Assembly (NCBI GenBank): GCA_036679645.1
Contig: JAZDCY010000062.1
Coordinates: forward strand, 1-24,656
Direction: 5' to 3'
Length of the DNA stretch: 24,656 nt
From: Gemmatimonadota bacterium
Lineage (GTDB): Bacteria > Gemmatimonadota > Gemmatimonadetes > Gemmatimonadales > GWC2-71-9
The position numbers and the translations under genes were made by a program. This document shows positions 8,341 through 15,834 of this stretch, piece after piece (the stretch's first letter is position 1; every line of letters begins with the position of its first letter). The notes below the pieces were generated by a model that was given only the letters and a program-made list of their open reading frames with translations, was not told where the DNA came from and did no database searches.

Positions 8341-8796
8341 CTACGCGAGCGCTATCCCACAATCCGAACAGAACGAGGCATCCGTCTCCGGCCGCGGCCC
8401 ACACACGGGACAGGCGCGGGCATGGGAGCGGGCTGCCTGGATCAACGCCTCGGCCGGGTCCTCCACGGCCACCGCCATCTCGGCCGCCTGTTCGGCTACC
8501 CGATCGGCCTCCTCGACCTTGATCGCTTCCATGGCCCGCTGAGCATAGCGCGCGCGAAGACGTGCGTAGTCGTCATCCGAGAGTTTTCCCGTTGCCCGGT
8601 CGAACTCGATCTCCTTGAGCGCGAGCAAAGCCTGCACCTTGGGAGACGCGGACTCTTCCAGGGGGGCAAAGGGATCATCCTCGTGCGTCGCATCGGCCGC
8701 GCCAGTCGCCGCGGCGCTGTGGGTGCGGGTGAGCGGCTCGACGACAAGGGCAAGCACCGCGATCGCGACGGCAGCACCGGCAACGAGTTCCAGCAT
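8341..8796 (-). CDS. CcmI-N-terminal-like membrane protein with C-terminal zinc ribbon
   Basis: N-terminal TM; LKEIEFDRATGKLSDDDY..LRARY (CcmI/SHOCT-like helix); CPVCG..CSDCG; TGATG overlap with ccmH. Confidence 0.75.
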   Translation of the reverse strand: MLELVAGAAVAIAVLALVVEPLTRTHSAAATGAADATHEDDPFAPLEESASPKVQALLALKEIEFDRATGKLSDDDYARLRARYAQRAMEAIKVEEADRVAEQAAEMAVAVEDPAEALIQAARSHARACPVCGPRPETDASFCSDCGIALA

Positions 8797-9356
8797 CAGT
8801 CGTCCAAGTTGGCCAGTTCGGCTTGGAGCCGCGCGACATCTTCAGCGGAGAGCCCCGGGAACGGGGTCGCATCGGGGTCGGCTGCCGGCACCACGGCCAC
8901 CGCGCGTGACCGCCGCACCAAAGCGAACCCCAGTACGCTTCCCGCAAGGGTGATGACCACACCGGGCAGGAGGTAACCCGCCCAGTTGAATCCCTGCTTG
9001 GGCGGCGCCATGAGGATGGCTTCGCCGTGTTGCGCAACAAAGGCGTCGAGAATCTCTTCGCCCGTCATGTCCTGCTCCACCAGCGCCACGACCTCTTGGT
9101 GGAGTGCCGGCGAGACGGTGCACGTGAAATCGGTTGTGCGACAGGTGTAGACGTCGAGATTGCAACCGCACGTGCATCGAATGCGGCGCTCGATCCCGAC
9201 TACGAACGGGTCGTTCTCGTAGTCGGTAATGCGGTTCCGCGGCCGCCCGGCGAGATCCGGCCGGAACAGCCGCGCCACGCTGTCCTGCTGCACACCGAGC
9301 ACGCCGACAGGCAGACCGGCGAGACCGGATCGGAGGAACGCTCGTCTGTCCATCAA
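8796..9356 (-). CDS. ccmH: Cytochrome c biogenesis protein CcmH-like (atypical)
   Basis: IRCTCGC redox motif, EEILDAFVAQHGEAILMAPP..GFNW..YLLP followed by TM; directly downstream of ccmF. Confidence 0.82.
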   Translation of the reverse strand: MMDRRAFLRSGLAGLPVGVLGVQQDSVARLFRPDLAGRPRNRITDYENDPFVVGIERRIRCTCGCNLDVYTCRTTDFTCTVSPALHQEVVALVEQDMTGEEILDAFVAQHGEAILMAPPKQGFNWAGYLLPGVVITLAGSVLGFALVRRSRAVAVVPAADPDATPFPGLSAEDVARLQAELANLDD

Positions 9357-11332
9357 GTCCCGCTCCCCGAGCCAACCGGCTCCGGCTCCTGCTGCTCATT
9401 CTTGGCCGCCGGCTCGAAGCTGGCGTGATAGCCCGCTTCCTCGTCCCGTCGCGGACCGCGCCGCGCGGGGAGCCCGCCGGGCCACAGGGTAACGATCCCG
9501 CCCAGGACGAGCGTGAACCCGCCAAGCCAGACCCAGGCCACGAGGGGATTGATGGTGAAGCGGTACACCGCCTCTTCTGTCCCGGCCACTGACCCGGCGA
9601 ACACCATGTAGACGTCCTCCCGCAGCGTATACATGATGGCCGCCTCGGTAGACGGCTCGAACGTCGGCCGCTTGAACGAATCGACGTGTTGCCGCTTCTC
9701 GCTGGTCAGGATACCGACCTGTTCTCCATCGCGCCGGACACGGACTGACGCGGCGGACACGAATCGGTTCAGGGCCTCGTACTGTGATACCCCTATGTGC
9801 GTGAACGTATAGGTGTGTCCGAACGGCGAGCGGAGTTCGGCCACCTCACCCGGCTTGAGGGACGCTTCCATCTCGGTCTTGAAGGCCTGACCAGTGAACG
9901 CGACGAAGTACATCACGATCCCGAGATGTACTATGTAGCCTCCGTAGCGGCGCCGGTTGCGCGCTACGAGGCGCGCGAGCGCAAGTACGTAGTGCTCGCC
10001 GTGGAGGCGATGCCGGGCCCCTGCCCCGCGCCAAAACTCCTGCACGATGCCAGCGACGACGAACGCGGCGAACATGATTGCCATCACCGCGTAGACGTCG
10101 CGCATTCCCAATCCCACGATTACCGCCGCCGTCGCCGCCGAAATCGCTACCGGAATCGTGAATTGCCGCCGGAGGTTGCCCGGACTCGCCCTGCGCCACG
10201 CGATGAGTGGCCCGATGCCGGTGAGCAACAGGAGCGCCAGCCCAATAGGGATGTTGACCTGATTGAAAAACGGCGGCCCCACCGTCACCTGTGTGCCCCG
10301 CACCAACTCCGAGATGATCGGGAAGAGCGTACCCCAGAGAATGGAGAACGCCATCCCGACGAGCAGAAGATTGTTGAAGAAGAAACTCGCCTCGCGGGAC
10401 AGTGCGCTCTCGAGGTGCGTATCGGTCTCGAGCAGCGAGAGTCTACGCCACATGAGGACGCCGACCCCGATTATGCACAGCACGAGGAATACGAGGAAGA
10501 AATACCCAACGTTGGATTGGGTGAACGAGTGAACGCTGGAGATGACGCCGGACCGCGTGATGAATGTCCCGAAAATTGACAGCACGAAGCTCAGGGAGAT
10601 CAACGCGACATTCCAACGCTTCAGCATGCCGCGTTTTTCCTGAATCATGACCGAATGGAGAAACGCAGTCATGGTGAGCCACGGCAGGAACGAGGCGTTC
10701 TCGACCGGATCCCACGCCCAATAGCCTCCCCAACCCAGTTCCACGTACGCCCACCACATCCCGAGCGTGATTCCTATCGACAGAAAGACCCATGACGTGA
10801 TGGTCCATTTGCGAATGGCGTGTAGCCATCCGATATCCAGCCGTCCTGACGCGAGTGCCGCAATGGCGAACGCGAATGGAATCGTGATCGAGATGTACCC
10901 GAGGTACAGCATGGGCGGGTGGATGACCATGCCCGGGTTCTGCAGCTGCGGGTTCAGCCCGCGGCCGTCGACCGGTGTGAAGTCCAGTCGCTCAAACGGG
11001 TTGGCCGCGAAGATCGTCGCCGCGACGAAAAAGAGCACCACGACCGAGGTCACCGCTGCTACGTACGGCATGAGGTACGCGTAGCGCTTGGGTGTGAGCC
11101 ACTGGGCAGCGGCGGCAAAGAAGCTCAGCACAACCGCCCAGAAGAGGAGGCTCCCCGACTGGCCGCCGTAAAAGGCCGAGATCTTGTACGCTATAGGAAG
11201 ATTACGGCTGGTGTAGGCGGCGACGTAGGCGACGTTGAAGTCGCTCTTGATCAGGGCGGTGAGCAACGAAATGGACGCGATGGCCAGCAATGCGGCGAGC
11301 GCATACAGCGTGAGTTGTCCGAGGGTGGTCAT
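9353..11332 (-). CDS. ccmF: Cytochrome c heme lyase CcmF
   Basis: GSLLFW, GLNPQLQN..M.IHPP, WAYVELGWGGYWAWDPVENAS (WWD domain), AFLHS, SVHSF, VHLG conserved His residues. Confidence 0.97.
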   Translation of the reverse strand: MTTLGQLTLYALAALLAIASISLLTALIKSDFNVAYVAAYTSRNLPIAYKISAFYGGQSGSLLFWAVVLSFFAAAAQWLTPKRYAYLMPYVAAVTSVVVLFFVAATIFAANPFERLDFTPVDGRGLNPQLQNPGMVIHPPMLYLGYISITIPFAFAIAALASGRLDIGWLHAIRKWTITSWVFLSIGITLGMWWAYVELGWGGYWAWDPVENASFLPWLTMTAFLHSVMIQEKRGMLKRWNVALISLSFVLSIFGTFITRSGVISSVHSFTQSNVGYFFLVFLVLCIIGVGVLMWRRLSLLETDTHLESALSREASFFFNNLLLVGMAFSILWGTLFPIISELVRGTQVTVGPPFFNQVNIPIGLALLLLTGIGPLIAWRRASPGNLRRQFTIPVAISAATAAVIVGLGMRDVYAVMAIMFAAFVVAGIVQEFWRGAGARHRLHGEHYVLALARLVARNRRRYGGYIVHLGIVMYFVAFTGQAFKTEMEASLKPGEVAELRSPFGHTYTFTHIGVSQYEALNRFVSAASVRVRRDGEQVGILTSEKRQHVDSFKRPTFEPSTEAAIMYTLREDVYMVFAGSVAGTEEAVYRFTINPLVAWVWLGGFTLVLGGIVTLWPGGLPARRGPRRDEEAGYHASFEPAAKNEQQEPEPVGSGSGT

Positions 11333-11336
11333 GGAA

Positions 11337-11741
11337 TCAGGCTTCCGGAACCGCCTCGTACCTCGAGCCGCACTTGGCTAGCAGCGTCGTGGCTCGGAAG
11401 GTCCCATCGGGCTGCAGCCGCCCCTCGACGACGATGTCCGCCTCGTCCGTAAAGGTGTCGGGCGCCAGCCCGCGGTACACGACGGGATATGTCTGCGTCC
11501 CATCGGTCGCCTGAAACCTCACGGTCTGGGTCGCTACATCGCGCTCGATGGTGCCCGGGACAACGCTTGCCCCCATCTTGACCCCTACATCACGGAACGA
11601 GGGATCGGCCGCCACCTTCTCTGCCAGCTCACTGGGAGTGAGGAAGTAGACGCCGGTTTCCTTTATGCCCGAAGCCATCAGGTAACCGACCGTCACAGAG
11701 ACTAGCACCCCCGCGAGGAGGACCTTGGTTGGCGCACGCAT
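11337..11741 (-). CDS. ccmE: Heme chaperone CcmE, Cys (CxxxY) variant
   Basis: N-terminal TM, YFLTPSE, V.Y.G..PDTF, VVEG, LLAKCGSRY; upstream of ccmF. Confidence 0.93.
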   Translation of the reverse strand: MRAPTKVLLAGVLVSVTVGYLMASGIKETGVYFLTPSELAEKVAADPSFRDVGVKMGASVVPGTIERDVATQTVRFQATDGTQTYPVVYRGLAPDTFTDEADIVVEGRLQPDGTFRATTLLAKCGSRYEAVPEA

Positions 11742-11788
11742 TATGAACTCCGCACCTCGATCAGTTTATTGGTCGCAACCACCCTTGG

Positions 11789-11816
11789 AATATAAGAATA
11801 CGCGCCCCGTCGGCAA
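11789..11816 (-). promoter_or_regulatory. Putative sigma70 promoter of the ccmEFH operon
   Basis: Minus strand TTGCCG (11816-11811), 16 bp, TATATT (11794-11789) in an AT-richer gap; GAGG/GGAG before ccmE. Confidence 0.45.
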
Positions 11817-11869
11817 AAGTTCGGTAAGACTCTCTCAAGCCATCTTCACACGGCGAGGGCCCCAGGCCC

Positions 11870-12598
11870 TCAGACATCTTCACCCCACACCTCCCGCAGC
11901 AGCGCCGGCAGCACCTCCGCCGCGCTCCCAATCAGATGGAAGATGTCGCCTCCATGGTGCTGGCCCTCGGCCGACGTGTTGACTACGACGACGGTCGCCC
12001 CCGACTCCGCCGCGACCCACGGAAGTGATGCGGCCGGCTCGACGGTATTCGAGGTCCCCACCGAGAGGAACACGTCGCACGACCGGGCCGCCGCAACGGC
12101 CTCCTCGAGCGCACGCGCTGGGAGGGCTTCACCGAACCACACTACGTCAGGACGGACGAACGCGTCACACCGGGGACACCGAGGCGGCTCGGTCTCGGTC
12201 CCGTCCGCCCAATGGCTCAGGATCAGGCCTTCCCGCGAGCAGCGCGTGCGGGTGATGTTGCCGTGGAGCTCGCTCACCCCGGAACTGCCGGCCCGCTGGT
12301 GCAGCCCGTCCACATTCTGGGTAATGAGCGAGAAGCGGCCTACGAGGCTCTCGAGACGGGCCAGGGCACGGTGCGCGGCGTTCGGCGCGGCAGCCTGGAC
12401 CAGTCGACGTCGCCAGACGTACCAGTCCCACACCAGCTTGGGGCGCTTCGCGAACGCCTCCGGGGTCGCCAGCTCTTCAGGGCTATAACGCGCCCAGAGA
12501 CCCGTGAGGGCGTCGCGAAAGGTGGGAATGCCGCTCTCCGCCGATACGCCAGCGCCCGTGAGCACTGCGACGTGCCCAGCCGCGCGGAGCGCGCGCAC
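11870..12598 (-). CDS. cobB: NAD-dependent protein deacylase (class III sirtuin)
   Basis: TGAGVSAESGIPTFR, WYVWRR (YxxR succinyl pocket), TQNVDGLH, LHGNI, RPDVVWFGE, VGTS..V.PAA. Exact start uncertain. Confidence 0.93.
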   Translation of the reverse strand: MRALRAAGHVAVLTGAGVSAESGIPTFRDALTGLWARYSPEELATPEAFAKRPKLVWDWYVWRRRLVQAAAPNAAHRALARLESLVGRFSLITQNVDGLHQRAGSSGVSELHGNITRTRCSREGLILSHWADGTETEPPRCPRCDAFVRPDVVWFGEALPARALEEAVAAARSCDVFLSVGTSNTVEPAASLPWVAAESGATVVVVNTSAEGQHHGGDIFHLIGSAAEVLPALLREVWGEDV

Positions 12599-12647
12599 GA
12601 CGGGGGCAGCACCGGTCAGACCAACATCCGGCCACCCGAACCGAGTG

Positions 12648-13181
12648 CTACCGCTCGACCTCGATTGGCAGGTGCACTACCGTTTCGCCCCAATGCAGCG
12701 CGAGGACCCCGCGTCGTCCATCGGCTACTGGGAAGTAGAACGCCAGCGTCTCCATGTGCCACGTTTCCTCCGGCCTCACCGTTAGGCGCAGCTCGTCGTC
12801 CTGCTCGCCGGGATACAGGCTATGCCACGTATCTGCCGTACGATTGAAGATGATGGTCCACTCGGCTTCGTTGGGAATCACCCAGAGTGAATAGCGGCCC
12901 GCCGGAAGCATATGCCCGTCCAGCAGCACGTCGTGCGACACGATCACGCGGGTCGCAGAATCGGCACCCGGGTTCCAGATGCGACCGTACCGGACGATCC
13001 CCCCGAACAGGTCGCGGCCCCGCGCAACCGGTCGGCTATACTCGACCGTGATCTCCGCTTGCGCAACGCGCTGGGAGACGACCCCGCGCTGACTGCGGGC
13101 GACAAGCTGGGCACGGGCAGGCTGCACGAGTCCGGTCCCCAACAGCGCGCACATTGCAACAATCCATCTTTTTGGCATCAT
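12648..13181 (-). CDS. DUF2911 family secreted protein
   Basis: Signal peptide MMPKRW..ARA; VSQRV..ITVEYSRP..RGR..FGGIVRYGRIW.PGA..AT and LPAGRYSL..IP...WTIIFN typical of DUF2911. Confidence 0.82.
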   Translation of the reverse strand: MMPKRWIVAMCALLGTGLVQPARAQLVARSQRGVVSQRVAQAEITVEYSRPVARGRDLFGGIVRYGRIWNPGADSATRVIVSHDVLLDGHMLPAGRYSLWVIPNEAEWTIIFNRTADTWHSLYPGEQDDELRLTVRPEETWHMETLAFYFPVADGRRGVLALHWGETVVHLPIEVER

Positions 13182-13269
13182 GACGGTGTAGCTCCGCGAG
13201 AATCCGTTCGACTGGAGAACACAGCCGCGCGGCTCGGGTTCCCGCAAGCAGGCACAGCGTCTACGCGCC

Positions 13270-13659
13270 TCAGCTCACCGGTTTCTCGCTCATGAGCGCG
13301 ACCGTGTTCTCCTCCGAATCGTGGAAGAAGGCCAACCAGAGCTCGTGATGGGCGTCGCTATGCGCCATGATCGGCTGCTGCACGAAGGAGACACCCCGCG
13401 CATGTAGCGCTTCATGCGCCGCTTCGATGTCCGCGACCCGGTAGTAGACGATAGAGGCGGGATGTTGATGTTCCGGCTGATCCATCTTTCCCAACATGAC
13501 GCGTACGTCGCCGCACTGGAAGAATGTCATTGTGGGGGCGGCAAACAGAAAGTTCATTCCCAAGACGTCGCGATAGAAAGCGGTGGCACGTTCGAGATCG
13601 AGCACGTTGATGGCAATCTGGCCGATCTGCGAGAGCGTCACGCCTGCATTCTGCGTCAT
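13270..13659 (-). CDS. VOC/glyoxalase family protein
   Basis: IGQIAINVLDLERATAFYRDVLG, YYRVADIE, LAFFHDSEEN.VAL. Confidence 0.92.
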   Translation of the reverse strand: MTQNAGVTLSQIGQIAINVLDLERATAFYRDVLGMNFLFAAPTMTFFQCGDVRVMLGKMDQPEHQHPASIVYYRVADIEAAHEALHARGVSFVQQPIMAHSDAHHELWLAFFHDSEENTVALMSEKPVS

Positions 13660-13713
13660 GATACGTTCCCCCCACTCACCAGGTGCCTTGACGGAAAGGG
13701 TCTAGGAGCTAAC

Positions 13714-13734
13714 ATTTAGTCTAGCTAACTAAAT
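13714..13734. promoter_or_regulatory. Palindromic operator, probably for the adjacent MarR regulator
   Basis: ATTTAGT-CTAGCTA-ACTAAAT perfect 7-bp inverted repeat in the 78-bp AT-rich gap between divergent VOC and MarR genes; TTGACG at 13688. Confidence 0.65.
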
Positions 13735-13737
13735 ATT

Positions 13738-14190
13738 ATGGCGCGCACCGACACCCGTCAATCCCGTCCCTCCACCGAAACGGTCCGGGTAGCCGACCGG
13801 ATCCACTCGGCGGCCATCCGCCTCCTGCGGCACCTCCGCGTCGCCGATACAACCACTGGTCTCTCCGCGCCCCGGCTCTCCGCGCTGTCGGTCGTCGTCC
13901 ACGCCGGCCAAATCGCCATCGGCGCCTTGGCGCGTGCCGAGCAGGTGCGCGCGCCCACCGTCTCCCGGCTGGTCAAGGCGTTGGAACGCGACGGCCTGGT
14001 CACCCGCACCCGGAGCCCGGAGGATGAGCGGGTGCAGTTGGTACGGGCGACTGCCCGCGGCCGGCGGGTGCTCGTGGGGGGACGGCGGCGCCGAGTCGGG
14101 GCGCTGGCCGCAGCCATCGACGCCCTGCCGCGAGCAGAGCGATCCGCGCTCAGCCGGGCGGCAACCGTCCTGCTTCGGATGGACCTATGA
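13738..14190 (+). CDS. MarR family transcriptional regulator
   Basis: GLSAPRLSAL, LARAEQVRAPTVSRLVKALERDGLVTR..DER..V.AT..G winged HTH. Confidence 0.93.
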   Translation: MARTDTRQSRPSTETVRVADRIHSAAIRLLRHLRVADTTTGLSAPRLSALSVVVHAGQIAIGALARAEQVRAPTVSRLVKALERDGLVTRTRSPEDERVQLVRATARGRRVLVGGRRRRVGALAAAIDALPRAERSALSRAATVLLRMDL

Positions 14191-14454
14191 GCCGAGTCGG
14201 CTGCCCGTCAGCAGCCGTGCACGAACTGCACGCCCGTCAAGCCAGGCGCAGACGTGTAACTCATTTATCTACAATATCTTATGACGCAGACTGCCTGCGC
14301 GTACTCGTCGCAGGTGCTCCTCCGGGATATCTTAGGAAGGTCGAGCCACTTTTGAGGTAGGCTCAAGAGCCGCACTCCCAGGCGCCTCCCCGTACGCGAA
14401 ACCGGGGCTTCTGCCGCACTTTCCAACCGGCCAAGCTGGCCACGGTGCCTCGGG

Positions 14455-15834
14455 ATGTCCGCGCTTCTGACCTTCCCCAGAACGGAGGGAGTGCGGATGA
14501 CGGGAGTTGGCACCGCGGCGGGCCGCTATCGGCCGATCACCGAATCCAACATCGAGCGCACGGCCCATTGGCAGCGACTCGGGCCCGATTTGCGGGAGGC
14601 GATCTCCGTCGTCTCGCAGGTTCTGCCGTTCCGGGTGAACGCACACGTGGCGGAATCGCTAATCGATTGGTCGCGTGTGCCGGACGACCCCATCTTCCAG
14701 CTCACCTTCCCCCAACGGGGAATGTTGGACCCGGACGACTATGCGGCCCTCCTCAGTCTGCTCGAGCGCGGCGCCTCGACCAGGGAGATTCGTGCGCACG
14801 CGAACACTATCCGGCGGAGGCTCAACCCGCATCCGGCCGGTCAGCTCACACACAACGTGCCGTCATTGAATGGGCGACCGCTTCCCGGACTACAGCACAA
14901 GTACCGCGAGACCGTCCTGTTCTTCCCCCGTGGCGGGCAAACGTGTCATGCGTACTGCAACTACTGTTTCCGCTGGGCACAGTTCGTCAACCTGCCCGAC
15001 CTCAAGTTCGAGGCACGCGAGGCCAACGATCTCGTCGCCTACCTGCGGGCACACCCGGAGGTAACGGACGTGCTCGTGACGGGTGGCGATCCCCTCGTCA
15101 TGAAGACGAAAGTACTGCGTCGGTATATCGAACCGCTGCTGGCCCCTGACCTGGCGCACGTTCGGCACATTCGCATCGGGACCAAGTCGCTGGCCTATTG
15201 GCCGCAACGCTTCGTCACCGACGACGACGCGAGTGATCTGCTGCGCCTGTTCGACGAGGTCGTAGCTGCTGGTCGTCACCTCGCGGTCATGGGTCACTAC
15301 AGCCACCCCGTAGAACTCGACCCGGCCATGGCGCGGGAGGCGATTCGTCGCGTGCGTGCGACCGGGGCCGAGATACGCACGCAGGCACCACTGATTCGTC
15401 GGGTAAACGACCGGCCGGATGCCTGGGCCGATCTGTGGCGCACCTCCGTCGAGCTCGGTGTGATTCCCTATTACATGTTCGTCGAGCGCGACACGGGACC
15501 CAAGCGCTATTTCGAGGTCCCGCTTGTCCGTGCCCATGAGATCTTCCGCGCCGCGTACCGGGGCGTATCCGGTCTGGCGCGTACCGTACGAGGACCGACG
15601 ATGTCGGCATTCCCCGGCAAGATTCGCATTCTCGGCATCAGCGAGATCGCGGATCAACGCGTGTTTGTACTCGACATGATCCAGGCGCGGAAACCGCGGT
15701 GGGTGCGGCGCCCCTTCTTTGCGAAGTTCGATCCGACCGCGACGTGGCTGGACGACTTGGAACCCGCCTTTGCCGACACGTTCTTCTTCGAGGCCGAGGC
15801 GGAGCGGACGGGAGTAGACTCGATCAGGGCGTAG
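14455..15834 (+). CDS. KamA (lysine 2,3-aminomutase)-like radical SAM enzyme, substrate uncertain
   Basis: GLQHKYRETVL, CHAYCNYCFR, VLVTGGDP, IRIGTK, Q.PLIR.VND, IPYY, SGL, PGK (PLP lysine). Start could be 14455 or a later ATG/GTG. Confidence 0.88.
   Translation: MSALLTFPRTEGVRMTGVGTAAGRYRPITESNIERTAHWQRLGPDLREAISVVSQVLPFRVNAHVAESLIDWSRVPDDPIFQLTFPQRGMLDPDDYAALLSLLERGASTREIRAHANTIRRRLNPHPAGQLTHNVPSLNGRPLPGLQHKYRETVLFFPRGGQTCHAYCNYCFRWAQFVNLPDLKFEAREANDLVAYLRAHPEVTDVLVTGGDPLVMKTKVLRRYIEPLLAPDLAHVRHIRIGTKSLAYWPQRFVTDDDASDLLRLFDEVVAAGRHLAVMGHYSHPVELDPAMAREAIRRVRATGAEIRTQAPLIRRVNDRPDAWADLWRTSVELGVIPYYMFVERDTGPKRYFEVPLVRAHEIFRAAYRGVSGLARTVRGPTMSAFPGKIRILGISEIADQRVFVLDMIQARKPRWVRRPFFAKFDPTATWLDDLEPAFADTFFFEAEAERTGVDSIRA

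Noticed and set aside
2633..12598. Macrodomain plus sirtuin as a SirTM or Thoeris-like system
   Set aside because: About 9 kb apart on opposite strands; sirtuin is ordinary class III CobB; no GcvH-L, LplA or TIR gene.
14198..14217. Hairpin CGGCTGC-N6-GCAGCCG after MarR as terminator
   Set aside because: Short stem without U-tract; expected by chance at this GC content.
14380..14455. Sigma54 promoter or riboswitch before the KamA-like gene
   Set aside because: No convincing TGGCAC-N5-TTGC and no recognisable aptamer.
14455..15834. Call as epmB or true kamA/ablA
   Set aside because: Longer than EpmB, lysine-binding Asp residues appear absent, no partner genes.
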